Shown here piece after piece: positions 9,718-19,896 of a stretch of DNA of 64,000 bases. The notes beneath the pieces are model-generated. The model did no database searches. It was not told the origin of the DNA and saw nothing but the letters and a program-made list of their open reading frames with translations. The number at the start of each line of letters is the position of its first letter. Positions within the stretch are counted from its first letter, which is position 1. The DNA comes from an uncultured delta proteobacterium (GTDB lineage: Bacteria > Myxococcota > Myxococcia > Myxococcales > Myxococcaceae). Location: NCBI GenBank assembly GCA_963771175.1, contig CAVYSY010000038.1, positions 96,001-160,000 on the forward strand, given 5' to 3'. A program made the position numbers and the translations under genes.

Positions 9718-11202
9718 TCAGCTCATCCAGCTTCCGTCGGTGCGGGCGCTCCACTTGCGGGTGACCTTCTTCAGGTCCGTCCAGAAGCCAAGGCTGGACG
9801 TCCCCGTGATGTCGCCGTAACCGAACTTGGACTCGCCGGTACCGCCGAAGGAGAAGGGCTCGCGAGGCACGGGCACGCCCACGTTGACGCCCACCATGCC
9901 CACGCGCGCGCCCTCCACCACCGCCTGAGCCACCGCGCCGTTGGTGGTGAAGATGGAAGCCGCGTTGCCGTAGGGCGAGGCGTTCTCCACCTCCAGCGCC
10001 GCCGACAGCGTGGGCACGCGGACGATGGACAGCACCGGGCCAAACAGCTCCCGCTGTGCCGCCTCCATGTCCGGGCGCACGCCGTCGAGAATCGTGGGTC
10101 CGAGCCAGTGGCCACCCGCCCACTGCTCGCCCACGGGCTTCTTCCCGCGCCCGTCCACCAGCACCCGCGCTCCGGCCTTCTCCGCCGTGGCGATGGCCGC
10201 CTCCAGCCGCGAGAGGCTCGCCCGGTCGATGATGGCGCCCATGCCGCCGCCCACCTCCAGCCGGGAGGCGCGCTCCGCCACCTGGTCGATGATGCGCTGC
10301 ACGTCTCCCACCGCGAGCAGCACGCTGGCCGCCATGCAGCGCTGGCCGGCGCACCCGGTGAAGGAGTCCACCACGGCCTGCGTGGTGAGGGCCTCGTCCG
10401 CGTCGGGCACGACGATGAGGTGGTTCTTCGCTCCGCCGAGCGCCAGCACGCGCTTGCCCTGCGCGCTGCCCTCCGCGTACACGCGCCGCGCCACGGGAGA
10501 GGAGCCCACGAAGGCCACCGCGCGCACCTCCGGGTGGGCCACCAACGACTCCACCGTCTCGCGCCCGCCGTGCACCACCGAGAAGACGCCGCGAGGAATG
10601 CCCGCCTCCACCATGAGCTCGCCGAGCGCGCACGCGGTGAGGGGCACCTTCTCCGAGGGCTTGAGGATGAAGGCGTTGCCCACCGTCACCGCGATGGGGA
10701 ACATCCACAGCGGCACCATGGCGGGGAAGTTGAAGGGCGTAATCCCCGCCACCACGCCGAGCGGCTCGCGCCGGAACTCGCAGGTGACGCCGCGGCTCAC
10801 CTCCATCGCTCCGCCGGTGTCGAGGTTCTGCAGCGACAGCGCGAAGTCACACACCTCCAGCCCCTTGAGGATGCCGGCGCGGGCCTCGGCCACCGTCTTG
10901 CCGGCCTCGCTGGCGGCGAGGTGGGCCAGTCGCTCCAGGTTGGACTCGAGCAGCGCGCGGAAGCGGGCCATGAGCGTGGTGCGCTCGCGCAAGGGCGTGG
11001 CGCGCCAGCCGGGCACCGCGGCCCTCGCGGCCTCCACCACCTGAGCCACGCCATCCGCGGGCGTCAGGGGCACGCGGCCGATGACGCCTCCGGTGTACGG
11101 GCTGCGCACGTCGAGCAGAGAGGCATCTCGCGGAACGAGCCACTCACCTCCCACGAGGTTGCGGCAGGTGGTGACGCTCTCGGACAACTGGACGAAGGAC
11201 AC
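9718..11202 (-). CDS. mmsA: CoA-acylating (methyl)malonate-semialdehyde dehydrogenase
   Basis: GITPFNFPAMVPLW, LKPSE, GGAKNH, GCAGQRCMA, ELFGP, GVNVGVPVP; GTG start with GGGGGAG RBS. Confidence 0.85.
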   Translation of the reverse strand: MSFVQLSESVTTCRNLVGGEWLVPRDASLLDVRSPYTGGVIGRVPLTPADGVAQVVEAARAAVPGWRATPLRERTTLMARFRALLESNLERLAHLAASEAGKTVAEARAGILKGLEVCDFALSLQNLDTGGAMEVSRGVTCEFRREPLGVVAGITPFNFPAMVPLWMFPIAVTVGNAFILKPSEKVPLTACALGELMVEAGIPRGVFSVVHGGRETVESLVAHPEVRAVAFVGSSPVARRVYAEGSAQGKRVLALGGAKNHLIVVPDADEALTTQAVVDSFTGCAGQRCMAASVLLAVGDVQRIIDQVAERASRLEVGGGMGAIIDRASLSRLEAAIATAEKAGARVLVDGRGKKPVGEQWAGGHWLGPTILDGVRPDMEAAQRELFGPVLSIVRVPTLSAALEVENASPYGNAASIFTTNGAVAQAVVEGARVGMVGVNVGVPVPREPFSFGGTGESKFGYGDITGTSSLGFWTDLKKVTRKWSARTDGSWMS

Positions 11203-11313
11203 TCGTGCTCCCCCTTGAGACGGCAGCGTCACGAGAACGGTGACGGCTGTGTCACGAGAGAGCTTACCAAGAGTGCTTGAGAACCCGGTAATCCGGGGGG
11301 GAGCGGAAAGGCC

Positions 11314-13584
11314 CTACACAGGGTCCATTAATAGACATTTGTCGAAAACGACGCGCTGCGCAGTGACACGGGCCCCGTCCCCGTCCGCCACCAGCGCGCG
11401 CAGCGTGTCGAGCTCCACCGGCTTGACGAGGTGGGTGTCGAAGCCCGCCTCGCGCGAGCGCTGACGATCCGAGGCCTGTCCATAGCCGGTGAGCGCCACC
11501 AGCCGCAGCCCCGCGCCACCCGGGCGCCGCCGCAACCGTCGCGCCACCTCGTACCCGTCCAGTCCCGGCAAGCCGATGTCGAGGAAGACCACCTCAGGAG
11601 CGAAGGCCTCCACGCACTCCAGCGCCGCCATGCCGTCGTAGACGACGGACACCTGGTGCCCATCCAGCTCCAGCACCTCGCCAAGCAGCTCGGCGGCGTC
11701 CACGTTGTCATCCACCACGAGCACGCGGCGGCCCTCGGAGGACACCTCCGGCGCGGGCCGCGAGTCCTCGCGCACCGGCACCCGCTCCGCCGGCAGCAGC
11801 GGCAGGCGCACCGTGAAGACGCTGCCCTGTCCCACGCCCTCGCTCGCCACCTCCACACGGCCGCCGTGCATCTCCACCAGCCGCTTCACCAGCGTCAGCC
11901 CCAGGCCCAGTCCGCCCTGCGCGCGGTCCAGCGTGCGCGCCACCTGCATGAAGGGCTTGAAGAGGTGGGGCAGCGCCTCGGCGGGGATGCCCATGCCCGT
12001 GTCCGCCACGCGCACCACCGCCTCGTCCTCCTCGCGCACCAGCGTCAGGGTGATGCGGCCACCTCGCTCGGAGTACTTGGCCGCGTTATGCAGCAGGTTG
12101 GTGAGCACCTGCTCCAGCCGCACCGGGTCCGCCTCCGTCCACACCGGCTCCCCCGGTAGCTCCGCGCGCAGGGTATGTCCCCGCGACTCGGCGAAGGGCC
12201 GCGCCGCCTCCACCGCGCGCGCCGCCGCTCCCACCACGTCCAGCGGGCGCTTCTGGAGGTGGATCTTCCCCCGCGTCACCCGCGACACGTCGAGCAGGTC
12301 ATCCACCAGGCGCCGCATGTGATGCACCTGACGCTCCACCACGTCGCGCTCCCGGCCGACGTCCTGGCCCTCCCGCTGCTTGCGCTCCATGAGTTGGACG
12401 GCGGTGAGCACCGGGGCCAGGGGATTGCGCAGCTCGTGGGCGAGCATCGCGAGGAAGTCGTCCTTGCGCCGATCCGCCTCGCGAAGTCGCTCCTCCACGC
12501 GGGCCCGCTCGGCGAGCGCCACGCGCAACCCATCCGCGCCCCGCTCCGCCTCGCCGCGCGCCCGAGCCTGGGCGAGCGACAGGATGAAGAGGGCCAGGCT
12601 CACCAGCACGCCCCCCACCGCGAAGGGAATCACCATCTGGCTCCGAGTGCCCTCCTCGAAGGCTGGCAGCGAGGAGAAGGCGAGCGTCCAGGGTCGCCCG
12701 GCCACGGTGAGCGTGGAGATGGCGGTGAGCATGGGCTTTTCGGAGAGCTCCTCGGGACGGTGCGAGCGGTGCAGCAGGTTCTCGGGGTCCACCACCGGTC
12801 CGTCATGGAGATGGAAGGCCACGCGGGGCCGCCGCTCGGTGCCGAAGATGCCGTTGAGCAGGTCGTCCGCGCGGAAGGGGCTGTAGACGAAACCGACGAG
12901 CGCCTCGCGCCTCGCCTCCACCGTGGCCGGCACATCGCCGCCCCGATAGACGGGCAGCAAGAGGAGGAAGCCGGCCTGCTTCTGCTCGTGGATCTCCTGC
13001 TTGAGCGTCACCTTGGCGGAGAGGGCGGGCACCCCGGTGTCCCGCGCCCGGTCCATCGCCTCGCGGCGGATGGGCTCCGAGTACATGTTGAAGCCCATGG
13101 CCGCCCGGTTCCGCTCATCGAGCGGCTCCAGCAGGACGATGGAGTGCAGCTCCCCGTTGGGGCTCTCCGGCCAGACGCGGAAGTCCCGCAGGCCCGCCAC
13201 CTCGTGCGCCCACTGCTCGATCTCGGGACGCTCCTGGTGCGAGAAGCGCCGGCTGAAGCCGATGCCCTGGATGCCCGGGTAGAACTCCTGCACCTGGAGC
13301 AGCCGCACGAACTCGGAGAACTCGCGTGGCGTCACCTCGCGCTGAGTGGCGAACAAGCCACTGGTTCCCCGCAGGAGCGCCACATGGGCATCCAACCGCC
13401 GCTGGATTCGGTCGGAGGTCGACTGCACCACGTTCTCGAAGCGCGCCTGGTCCCTCGCCCGCGCGTTCACCCCCAGCAGCAGACTCATGCCGAGCGTGAC
13501 GAGCAGGGAGAGGATCAGGACGACCCCGGGGACGAGCTGGCGAGGGAGCCGGCGCAAATGCGGATGGCGGAGCAGTGTCTTCAT
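11314..13584 (-). CDS. CHASE-domain hybrid sensor histidine kinase with receiver domain
   Basis: TM-CHASE-TM; LAHELRNPL H-box; NAAKY, DTGMG, GGLGLGL; VVDDN..DIGLP..KP receiver. Confidence 0.92.
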   Translation of the reverse strand: MKTLLRHPHLRRLPRQLVPGVVLILSLLVTLGMSLLLGVNARARDQARFENVVQSTSDRIQRRLDAHVALLRGTSGLFATQREVTPREFSEFVRLLQVQEFYPGIQGIGFSRRFSHQERPEIEQWAHEVAGLRDFRVWPESPNGELHSIVLLEPLDERNRAAMGFNMYSEPIRREAMDRARDTGVPALSAKVTLKQEIHEQKQAGFLLLLPVYRGGDVPATVEARREALVGFVYSPFRADDLLNGIFGTERRPRVAFHLHDGPVVDPENLLHRSHRPEELSEKPMLTAISTLTVAGRPWTLAFSSLPAFEEGTRSQMVIPFAVGGVLVSLALFILSLAQARARGEAERGADGLRVALAERARVEERLREADRRKDDFLAMLAHELRNPLAPVLTAVQLMERKQREGQDVGRERDVVERQVHHMRRLVDDLLDVSRVTRGKIHLQKRPLDVVGAAARAVEAARPFAESRGHTLRAELPGEPVWTEADPVRLEQVLTNLLHNAAKYSERGGRITLTLVREEDEAVVRVADTGMGIPAEALPHLFKPFMQVARTLDRAQGGLGLGLTLVKRLVEMHGGRVEVASEGVGQGSVFTVRLPLLPAERVPVREDSRPAPEVSSEGRRVLVVDDNVDAAELLGEVLELDGHQVSVVYDGMAALECVEAFAPEVVFLDIGLPGLDGYEVARRLRRRPGGAGLRLVALTGYGQASDRQRSREAGFDTHLVKPVELDTLRALVADGDGARVTAQRVVFDKCLLMDPV

Positions 13585-13800
13585 CAACGAGCAGGTGGAT
13601 CCGGACGACAACGCGCCAGCGGCCCGCATCCCTCCCGGCGCCTCGCAGCGGGAACCGCCCGCGCCAGGGGCTCTCCCTTTGCGGCCGATGGCGAACGCCC
13701 ACCTGCCCTTCCGAGTCGCTTGCTCGCTCCAGGCCCTGGTTTGGACTCTGGCCATGTCGGACAGGGCGACACGGCCAGGCATGGCGGCCCGGTGGGGAGG

Positions 13801-14979
13801 CTAGTCGCGGCGGTACATCGTCACCACGCACGCCCCGCCGAGGCCGAGGTTGTGCTGCAGGGCGACGCGGGCGTCCTCGACCTGACGCTGCTCGGCCTGA
13901 CCGCGGAGCTGCCACACGAGCTCGGTGCACTGCGCGAGGCCGGTGGCGCCCAGCGGGTGGCCCTTGGAGAGCAGGCCGCCCGAGGGGTTGGTGACGAACT
14001 GCCCACCGTAGGTGTTGTCCCCGTCCCAGATGAACTTCTCCGCCTCGCCCTCCTTGCACAGGCCGAGCGCCTCGTAGGTGAGGAGCTCGTTGGCGGTGAA
14101 GCAGTCGTGCAGCTCGATGACGTCCACGTCCTGGGGACCGAGGCCGGACTTCTCGTAGACCTGCTTCGCGGCGAGGGCGGCCATGTCGAAGCCGATCATC
14201 TTGATCATGCTGTCGCCGAAGCTGGAGGGCAGGTCCGTGGTCATCGACTGGGCGGCGATGTACACGGGGTTGGAGATGCCCAGCTTCCGGGCGAAGTCAT
14301 CCGAGCAGACGATGGCGGCGGCGGCCCCGCAGGTGGGCGGGCAGCACTGGAAGCGCGTGAGCGGGTCGAACACCTCGTCCGAGGCCAGCACCTCCTCCAC
14401 CGAGAGCGTCTGGGTGAAGAGGGCGTAGGGGTTCTTGCTGGCGTGCTTGCGGGCCTTCTCGGAAATCTTGGCGAAGGTCTCGCGCTTCGTGCCGTACTTC
14501 CAGCGGTACTCCCGACCGGCGCCGCCGAACATCTGCGCGGCGAAGGGCGACTGGTTCATGCCCTGGGCCCGGTTCATGGTGTCCACGTGGCGCTCGAGCG
14601 GGTTGGCGCGGTCGTCGTACTTGGAGCCGAGCGCGCCCTTCTCCATCTTCTCGAAGCCGAGCGCGAGCACGCACTCGGCCATGCCGCCCTCGACGGCCTG
14701 GCGCGCGAGGTAGAGCGCGGTGGAGCCGGTGGAGCAGTTGTTGTTGACGTTGATGACGGGGATACCGGTGAGGCCCACCGAGTAGACGGCGCGCTGGCCG
14801 CAGGTGCTGTCGCCAAAGACATAGCCGGCGTAGACCTGCTGGATGTCGCCGTAGGCGATACCCGCGTCCTTGATGGCCGCGTGCGCCGCCTTGCTCGCCA
14901 TCACGTCGTACTCCTCGCTGGCGCCCGGCTTGGCGAACTTCACCATCCCCACTCCGATGACATTGACCCGACGTCCCAT
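13801..14979 (-). CDS. SCP2/SCPx-type thiolase (lipid-transfer protein)
   Basis: [45 protein letters not shown]. Confidence 0.92.
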   Translation of the reverse strand: MGRRVNVIGVGMVKFAKPGASEEYDVMASKAAHAAIKDAGIAYGDIQQVYAGYVFGDSTCGQRAVYSVGLTGIPVINVNNNCSTGSTALYLARQAVEGGMAECVLALGFEKMEKGALGSKYDDRANPLERHVDTMNRAQGMNQSPFAAQMFGGAGREYRWKYGTKRETFAKISEKARKHASKNPYALFTQTLSVEEVLASDEVFDPLTRFQCCPPTCGAAAAIVCSDDFARKLGISNPVYIAAQSMTTDLPSSFGDSMIKMIGFDMAALAAKQVYEKSGLGPQDVDVIELHDCFTANELLTYEALGLCKEGEAEKFIWDGDNTYGGQFVTNPSGGLLSKGHPLGATGLAQCTELVWQLRGQAEQRQVEDARVALQHNLGLGGACVVTMYRRD

Positions 14980-15026
14980 GGTTGTTGTCCCTTTCTCTTG
15001 GAGCCGTGTAATGGCCATCCGGTGGG

Positions 15027-17636
15027 TTACAGGAGGAAGCGCAGGCGCCGGGCCGCCAGCACATCCCCGTCCACACGCAGCTTGCCCTGCATGTAGAGCC
15101 GCGTGACGGACTGCGGGTCCTGCTTCAACGTGACCAGGTCCTCGTCGGCGATGCGAATCGTGGTGTCGGGCTTCTCGACGGTGCCCTCGCGCACGCCCGC
15201 CGAGCCCTTGGCCGCCACCACCCAGGAGCCCTGGGGCTCGGTGACGTGGAACTGGATGACGGCGTCCACCTCGCGGGCGACTTCCGGCTTCTGCGCCAGC
15301 CGCTCACCGAGTTCCTTGAAGATGGCCGGAGCACGGGCCGTGAGTTGCTGGCTGGCGCTCTTGAAGCTGGCCTTGGCCTCGGCTGCCGCGTTCTGGGCCG
15401 GGGACGACTTCGCGGCGCCCGAGCCCTCAGCAGCAGGCGCGGAGCCGACCTTGGCGAGGAACCCGAGCTTCTGCGAGGCCATCACGTTGCCGGTAATCTT
15501 CAGCTTGCCGCCGAAGTAGAGCTTCTGCGGGTCCGCCTTGCCCGAGGTCATCGCGAGGAAGTCCGCGTCGGTGAGCTCCAGGGTGCAGTCGGCCTTGCCC
15601 TGCGCGCCCTCCTGCACCGAGCCGGCGCCGTTCTTGAGGTCCAGCGTCCAGGCGCTGTCCGGCTGGGTCAGCTTGAACAGGTAGACATTGGCCACCTTGC
15701 CGACGAGCTCGGGGTGCTGCTCCACGTAGGCGCGGAGGGCCTCGAAGACGCGGGCACTCGCGGAGGCCCCACCGGAGGCCGCGGCGGGAGCGCTCGCCTG
15801 CGCGGGGGCCGCGGGCTTCACCTGGGCCTTGGGGACTTCCTTGTAGAGCTCGACGGCGGCGTTGCTGATGACGACCTTGTCGCGCTCGACGACCTTGCAG
15901 CGGACGATGATGCGGTCGCCCTCCTTCCACATCTCGGTGCGGAGCGTCTCACCGGGCAGCACGGTCTCGGCGAAGCGGACGCGGATGCTCTTGAAGAGAC
16001 GCGGGTCCCCCTCGGCGAAGGCCTTGATGACGTGGCGGCCCACGTACCCGAAGGTGCACAGGCCGTGGAGGATGGGCCGCTTGAAGCCGAAGTTCCGGGC
16101 GAGCTCGGGGTCGGCGTGCAGCGGGTTCCAGTCACCCGACAGGCGATAGAGGAGCGCCTGGCTCTCGTGCGTCTTCTCGGTGATGACGGCGTCGGGAGCG
16201 CGCTCGGGCGGCACGTTGATGTCGCTCGACGGCCCGCGCTCGCCTCCCCAGCCACCGGCGCCCCGCACGAAGGTGGTGATTTCGTTGCGCACGAGCGGCT
16301 CGCCCGTCTTCGCGTCGTAGCTGGTGACCTCGGTGACGACGAGCGCGTTCTTGCCCTTGTCGAAGATGTCCTTGATGCGGCCCTTGTGGCGCAGGGAGGC
16401 CGTGGAAGGCAGCGGGCGCAGCAGCTCGGTGTACTGCTCGCCGTGGAGGACGCGGTCCAGGCCGTAGTTGAGACCCGGGGCCTGCTTGCCCTCGGCCGAC
16501 AGCTTCAGGATGGTGTTGAGCGCGGGGATGACGCCATAGGTGGGCAGCGGGCGGAAGCCCTCGCCGTGGAGCTCGTAGACGTACTGGAGCTCCTTCGTGT
16601 CGAGCGGGTCCTGCGCGGCACCCACGCCCAGCGCATAGAGGGAGAGGTCACGCTCGTCGTAGGACGAGGTCGTCTCGGGGAACTCGTAGCCGAGCGCCGC
16701 GTCGACGTCGATGAACTCGTTGCCGCCCTTGCTCTGGGAGGAGAGGTTGTCCATCACCGGCTGCATGCTGGCGGCGATGTCCGCGGGGTGGGTGGCGTCG
16801 GTGAAGTCGGTGATGGCCTCCCACGACTGCTGGATGGCCTCGGGGGTGATGGCACGGCCGAGCTTGAAGACCTTGCCGTGGGTGCGCTCCCAGCGCAGCT
16901 TGGCCATGAAGCCGCCGCCCACCTCGAAGAGGGAGCCGGACTCCTGGCAGTCCTCGTGGCAGAGCCAGGTGACGAGCGGGCTGACGTACTCGGGCTTGAG
17001 GACGTTGACGACCTCCGGAGGCAGCACGGTCTCGGTCAGGCGGCAGCCGGCGATGGGGGCAATCGCGTTGACGAGGACGTTCTTCTTGCGGCCCTCGATG
17101 GCGAGCGTGTTGGCGAAGCCCACGAGGCCGAGCTTGGCCATGCTGTAGTTGGCCTGGCCGAAGTTGCCGTAGATGCCGGCGGCCGAGGCGGTGAAGATGA
17201 TGCGGCCGTAGCCCTGGTCGCGCAGGTGGGGCCAGGCGGCGTGGGTGACGCGGAAGGCGCCGAGCAGGTGGACGCGGTAGATGAGCTCCCAGTCCTGCTC
17301 GCTCATCTTCTGGAAGCTGGTGTCGCGCAGGATGCCGGCGTTGTTGATGACGATGTCCAGGCGCTTGAAGGTGTCGAGCGCGGTCTGGACGATTTTGGTG
17401 CCGTCCTCGACGGAGTCGTAGTTGGCGACGGCCTCGCCGCCCGCGGCCTTGATTTCGGCAACGACCTTGTCGGCGGCCTCGGAGCTGCGCCCGCCACCGG
17501 TGGTGGCCCCTCCGAGGTCGTTGACGACCACCTTCGCGCCACGGCTCGCGAGCAGCAGCGCGTGCGAGCGGCCCAGACCATTTCCGGCGCCGGTGACGAT
17601 GGCGACCTTTCCGTCGAAACGAAGCTCGTTGCCCAT
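15027..17636 (-). CDS. Peroxisomal multifunctional enzyme type 2-like protein (SDR dehydrogenase + MaoC hydratase-2 + two SCP2 domains)
   Basis: [42 protein letters not shown]; two SCP2 repeats. Confidence 0.92.
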   Translation of the reverse strand: MGNELRFDGKVAIVTGAGNGLGRSHALLLASRGAKVVVNDLGGATTGGGRSSEAADKVVAEIKAAGGEAVANYDSVEDGTKIVQTALDTFKRLDIVINNAGILRDTSFQKMSEQDWELIYRVHLLGAFRVTHAAWPHLRDQGYGRIIFTASAAGIYGNFGQANYSMAKLGLVGFANTLAIEGRKKNVLVNAIAPIAGCRLTETVLPPEVVNVLKPEYVSPLVTWLCHEDCQESGSLFEVGGGFMAKLRWERTHGKVFKLGRAITPEAIQQSWEAITDFTDATHPADIAASMQPVMDNLSSQSKGGNEFIDVDAALGYEFPETTSSYDERDLSLYALGVGAAQDPLDTKELQYVYELHGEGFRPLPTYGVIPALNTILKLSAEGKQAPGLNYGLDRVLHGEQYTELLRPLPSTASLRHKGRIKDIFDKGKNALVVTEVTSYDAKTGEPLVRNEITTFVRGAGGWGGERGPSSDINVPPERAPDAVITEKTHESQALLYRLSGDWNPLHADPELARNFGFKRPILHGLCTFGYVGRHVIKAFAEGDPRLFKSIRVRFAETVLPGETLRTEMWKEGDRIIVRCKVVERDKVVISNAAVELYKEVPKAQVKPAAPAQASAPAAASGGASASARVFEALRAYVEQHPELVGKVANVYLFKLTQPDSAWTLDLKNGAGSVQEGAQGKADCTLELTDADFLAMTSGKADPQKLYFGGKLKITGNVMASQKLGFLAKVGSAPAAEGSGAAKSSPAQNAAAEAKASFKSASQQLTARAPAIFKELGERLAQKPEVAREVDAVIQFHVTEPQGSWVVAAKGSAGVREGTVEKPDTTIRIADEDLVTLKQDPQSVTRLYMQGKLRVDGDVLAARRLRFLL

Positions 17637-17679
17637 TCAGTCTCCTTGCGGGGCGAGAGCAGACGACGGGACGAGGCGT

Positions 17680-17695
17680 TTGACAAGTGAGTCAA
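17680..17695. promoter_or_regulatory. TTGAC-N6-GTCAA palindrome, candidate operator for the MFE-2/thiolase operon
   Basis: Perfect AT-rich inverted repeat about 45 bp upstream of the 17636 start. Confidence 0.4.
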
Positions 17696-17933
17696 TCTCG
17701 CCCGCCGCACTGCGTCGACGACCCTCACCACCCGTGCGACTCCAGACGGAGGACCTACCGCCCCCACATCCCGGCAGTCGCTCCTATTGGTGGCAGCGAG
17801 AGCATTGGCCCCGCCCTGACGCCGCATGGAAGGCGGCTGTTCCCATCACCACCCTGACGACGCGGCAAACGGGGCGAGCCCCCCTCCCAGGGCCCGCCCG
17901 AAGAGGGACGAAAGGGAGACGGAGGAGGCAGAC

Positions 17934-18479
17934 ATGCGAGGGACGTGGACGAAGGCAGCGCTCATCACGGTCGTCGCGGTGCTGGGGTCGATGGGTTGCG
18001 GTGGTCCGATGGAGGAGGCGGGTGCCGTCGAGGAGCTGGACGAGGTGGCGCAGGAAGAGGCGGGGGACGTCAGCGCGCTCACGGAGACCTACCCGAAGTG
18101 CCAGGGCGTCGAGGTGAGCCCGAGTGTGCTCTGGCCGCCGAACCACAAGTTCGTCTGCGTCAAGCTGAGCGGCGCGAAATACATCAACATCAAGTCGGTG
18201 ATGCAGGACGAACCGGTGAATGACGGGGGTGACGGCAACACCTCACCGGATGCGAAGTTCAAGGACGGCAAGCTGTGCCTGCGAGCGGAGCGCAGCGGCC
18301 AGGGGGATGGGCGCGTGTACTGCATCAAATTCACGGCCAAGGACAAATACGGCAATAAGTGCAAGGGCACGGTGGAGGTCGGCGTCCCGCATGACCAGGG
18401 CCAGGGCTCGGAGCCGATCAACTCCGGGTGCAAGTACAACTCGTTCGGCTACGGCTACGACCACGACTGCGACTCCTGA
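17934..18479 (+). CDS. Cys-rich lipoprotein with LWPPNHK domain
   Basis: GGAGG RBS; signal ending SMGC; LWPPNHK..LRAERSG.GDGRVY.I..VPHDQG. Confidence 0.7.
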   Translation: MRGTWTKAALITVVAVLGSMGCGGPMEEAGAVEELDEVAQEEAGDVSALTETYPKCQGVEVSPSVLWPPNHKFVCVKLSGAKYINIKSVMQDEPVNDGGDGNTSPDAKFKDGKLCLRAERSGQGDGRVYCIKFTAKDKYGNKCKGTVEVGVPHDQGQGSEPINSGCKYNSFGYGYDHDCDS

Positions 18480-18496
18480 TAGCGACCGCGGAAGGA

Positions 18497-18537
18497 CTCG
18501 GGCTCGGCCCTCTCGTATAGGGAGAGAGTCGGGCCCT
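18497..18537. terminator. Hairpin between convergent genes
   Basis: gggctcggccctctc..gagagagtcgggccc imperfect inverted repeat. Confidence 0.35.
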
Positions 18538-18556
18538 TGCCCGTCGATGCAGCGAC

Positions 18557-19021
18557 TCAGAGGGCTGGCACGGCGCTCGGGAAGGGGCGGAAGCCGAGCG
18601 CGGCCTCCACGGTGGCGCGCAGCTCGCCCGCGGCCCACGGCGTGGCGAGGGCGAAGTGGATGATGCTGGACTGACTGAGGGTGGAGGCCTCCTGGGGGCG
18701 GAACCTGCCGGACAGGAGGAGGCGGGGGCCGGGGTAGCCGCGCTCCACGAGGCCAGCGAGGAACTCCGCCGCCCGCTTCGCGTCCGCGAGCCCCAGGTCG
18801 ATGAGAATGGCGGCGGGGGCCGGCTCGAGGTCCAGCAAGGGCTCGGCGAGGGAGAAGGTGTTGGCGGGGAGCAGCTCGAAGCCCGGGGACAGCTCCCGCC
18901 GGACGGTCTCGCGGAGAGCGGAGTCGTCGGCCACGAGGAGCACACGGATATCGCCGGAGGTGCTCCGATTCAGGGAGCGTCCGTCACCCTGCGGCTGTCG
19001 GGAAGGAGGCTCGGTCGGCAC
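18557..19021 (-). CDS. Atypical single-domain response regulator
   Basis: RVLLVADD, ILIDLGL, LLSG, TPW replacing KPW; start approximate. Confidence 0.6.
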   Translation of the reverse strand: MPTEPPSRQPQGDGRSLNRSTSGDIRVLLVADDSALRETVRRELSPGFELLPANTFSLAEPLLDLEPAPAAILIDLGLADAKRAAEFLAGLVERGYPGPRLLLSGRFRPQEASTLSQSSIIHFALATPWAAGELRATVEAALGFRPFPSAVPAL

Positions 19022-19119
19022 GGACCCAGAGTAACGCCGGGAGAGAACGGGGGGCAACGCAACTCCCTTTCCTCCAAGGGGTAGCACAATGAGCGACCGC
19101 TCGCGCTCCCGCTGGCCGA

Positions 19120-19761
19120 CTAGCCATGCTGGGGGTGTGGGGACACGGCGTAGGCCCGGAGGAACGTCTCCAGGTGGTCCTCCAGGAAGCGCTCCACGTC
19201 CAGCGGCCTGCAGCGCGCGCCCGAGAGCTGCACCTGGTGCAGCAGGCCGAGCACCACCGGGCATACCAGCTCCAGCGCGGCGTGGCGCACGTCGCAGCGC
19301 CGCAGCTCCCCCTCCGCGATGTGGCGCGACAGCCGCGCCTCCGCCGCCTGCAGCGTGGGCTCCAGCATCTCCTGCACGTACACGGGGCCCAGCGTCTCGT
19401 GGCCCACGCTCGCGGTGAGGCCGAAGGCATGCGCCGCCCCCACGCCCATGCGCCAGCCCAGGAGGAGGGATTGGAGGAACCACTGGAGTGACTCGCGCAC
19501 CGGACCCCGGGGCTCGGTGGCCGCGGCGTGCAGGTGCGGCAGGCCGCGCCGGTGCAGGTCCACCATCACCTCGGCCAGCAGCGCCTCGCGCGAGCCGAAA
19601 TAGTGGCGCAGCGTGGCCACGCTCACCCCGGCCACCTCGGCCAGCTCCCGGAAGCTCGTCTGGGCCCCGTCCGGCGCGAGCAGTCGCACGCGCACCGCCT
19701 CCAGCAGGCGCGCTCGCTCCTTCTCGTAGTCCGCGTTGCGGCTCCCCTTCACCCGGGCCAT
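19120..19761 (-). CDS. TetR/AcrR family transcriptional regulator
   Basis: TSFRELAEVAGVSVATLRHYFGSREAL HTH. Confidence 0.9.
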   Translation of the reverse strand: MARVKGSRNADYEKERARLLEAVRVRLLAPDGAQTSFRELAEVAGVSVATLRHYFGSREALLAEVMVDLHRRGLPHLHAAATEPRGPVRESLQWFLQSLLLGWRMGVGAAHAFGLTASVGHETLGPVYVQEMLEPTLQAAEARLSRHIAEGELRRCDVRHAALELVCPVVLGLLHQVQLSGARCRPLDVERFLEDHLETFLRAYAVSPHPQHG

Positions 19762-19896
19762 GCCCTTGAATAACCCGCCTGGGGTAGGAAATCCATTTCC
19801 CGCCCCTCTTGTATCTCCCCTTCCCGCACTTCGACTTGAAATTAAATAAACCACCCTGAATATTCTAACCGAGAGCGCTGGAAGCGGGAGGACTGC

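Noticed and set aside
11225..11260. gtcac/gtgac inverted repeats upstream of the URC operon as a riboswitch or CRP box
   Set aside because: Short, spacing does not match the CRP N6 consensus, and no recognisable aptamer
8293..11280. Very long antisense ORFs (also 12175-15096, 29304-32165, 43242-46586)
   Set aside because: Shadow frames of real genes caused by high GC3; no motifs
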